DNA of 64,000 bases from a virus (lineage: Duplodnaviria; Heunggongvirae; Uroviricota; Caudoviricetes). The position numbers were made by a program, and so were the translations under genes. The stretch is from the IMG/VR virus record IMGVR_UViG_2703718869_000013, positions 1-64,000 of that record. One strand, given 5' to 3'. Under the pieces are notes generated by a model. The model saw only the letters and a program-made list of their open reading frames with translations, ran no database searches and was not told the DNA's origin. This document shows positions 63,641 through 64,000 of the stretch, in pieces (position 1 is the stretch's first letter; each line of letters opens with the position of its first letter).

Positions 63641-64000
63641 ATGAGCTTAAGCGATCAGGTGGTAATGGCCACCAGCATAGAAACGCTGATCGAGCTGCTA
63701 AAGAACCTGCCCGATTATGGGCGGGTTTCGTATGTGGTGACAGCGAAGGGAGACGAGGTAAAAACAGCGTTTGATATCGTCGATGCCTCAGTTCTTTTGG
63801 TATCCAATACTCTGGATGGGAAAATTAATCCAGACTATCCCCAGGAACTTCAGCCGCGCGACCGGACCCGCGCATCCAGCCTTCTTCAGGTTAACCAGAT
63901 ATCCAAAGATTTGCGGCCTGCTCAGCTTACCGATTCCGGTTTATCCAGCCATGGCGCGCCGATAATTGGTGAGGACAATGCCGTTGAGTCAGGTAATGGA
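63641..64000 (+). CDS. hypothetical protein, N-terminal part (runs off window end; next dar-operon gene by position)
   Basis: ATG at 63641, open to window end in frame; QPRDRTR-containing N-terminus. Confidence 0.35.
   Translation, partial: MSLSDQVVMATSIETLIELLKNLPDYGRVSYVVTAKGDEVKTAFDIVDASVLLVSNTLDGKINPDYPQELQPRDRTRASSLLQVNQISKDLRPAQLTDSGLSSHGAPIIGEDNAVESGNG

Overview
This window reads as a large segment of a P1-like (punavirus-type) phage-plasmid from an enterobacterial host, densely packed with genes on both strands. All homology calls are from motifs and gene order recalled from memory; no database search was run. Recognisable P1-type landmarks include a RepA-family initiator flanked by iteron arrays with an upstream DnaA box and GATC cluster, and parA-parB-parS with a parS that matches the P1 site as I recall it. 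Others are a DnaB-type helicase (ban), plp/upl and four tRNAs, a bifunctional C5/Dam methyltransferase (dmt), an RdgC homologue (hrdC), kilA-repL, and a c4/icd/ant-type immunity module. A sit-like tape-measure/transglycosylase, baseplate, tail fibre and assembly genes, lydA/lydB, and hdf-darA-ddrA are also present. At least ten copies of the 17-bp C1-repressor operator consensus (ATTGCTCTAATAAATTT) sit in intergenic positions. It is not P1 itself. The most unusual points are: (1) a 341-aa LAGLIDADG intein inserted at the catalytic Cys of the C5-methyltransferase domain of Dmt; (2) an AT-rich cargo island between the tail genes and repL carrying a DUF3800-like gene plus an unknown partner, a candidate defence module; (3) two paralogous immI modules whose three pairing sites differ by mutually compensatory triplet changes; (4) an AT-rich island of three signal-peptide proteins; (5) a glycosyltransferase-rich early region; (6) a TnpB-only IS200/IS605 element in the dar operon. 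Gene names taken from P1 synteny are provisional. No CRISPR array or rRNA was seen.
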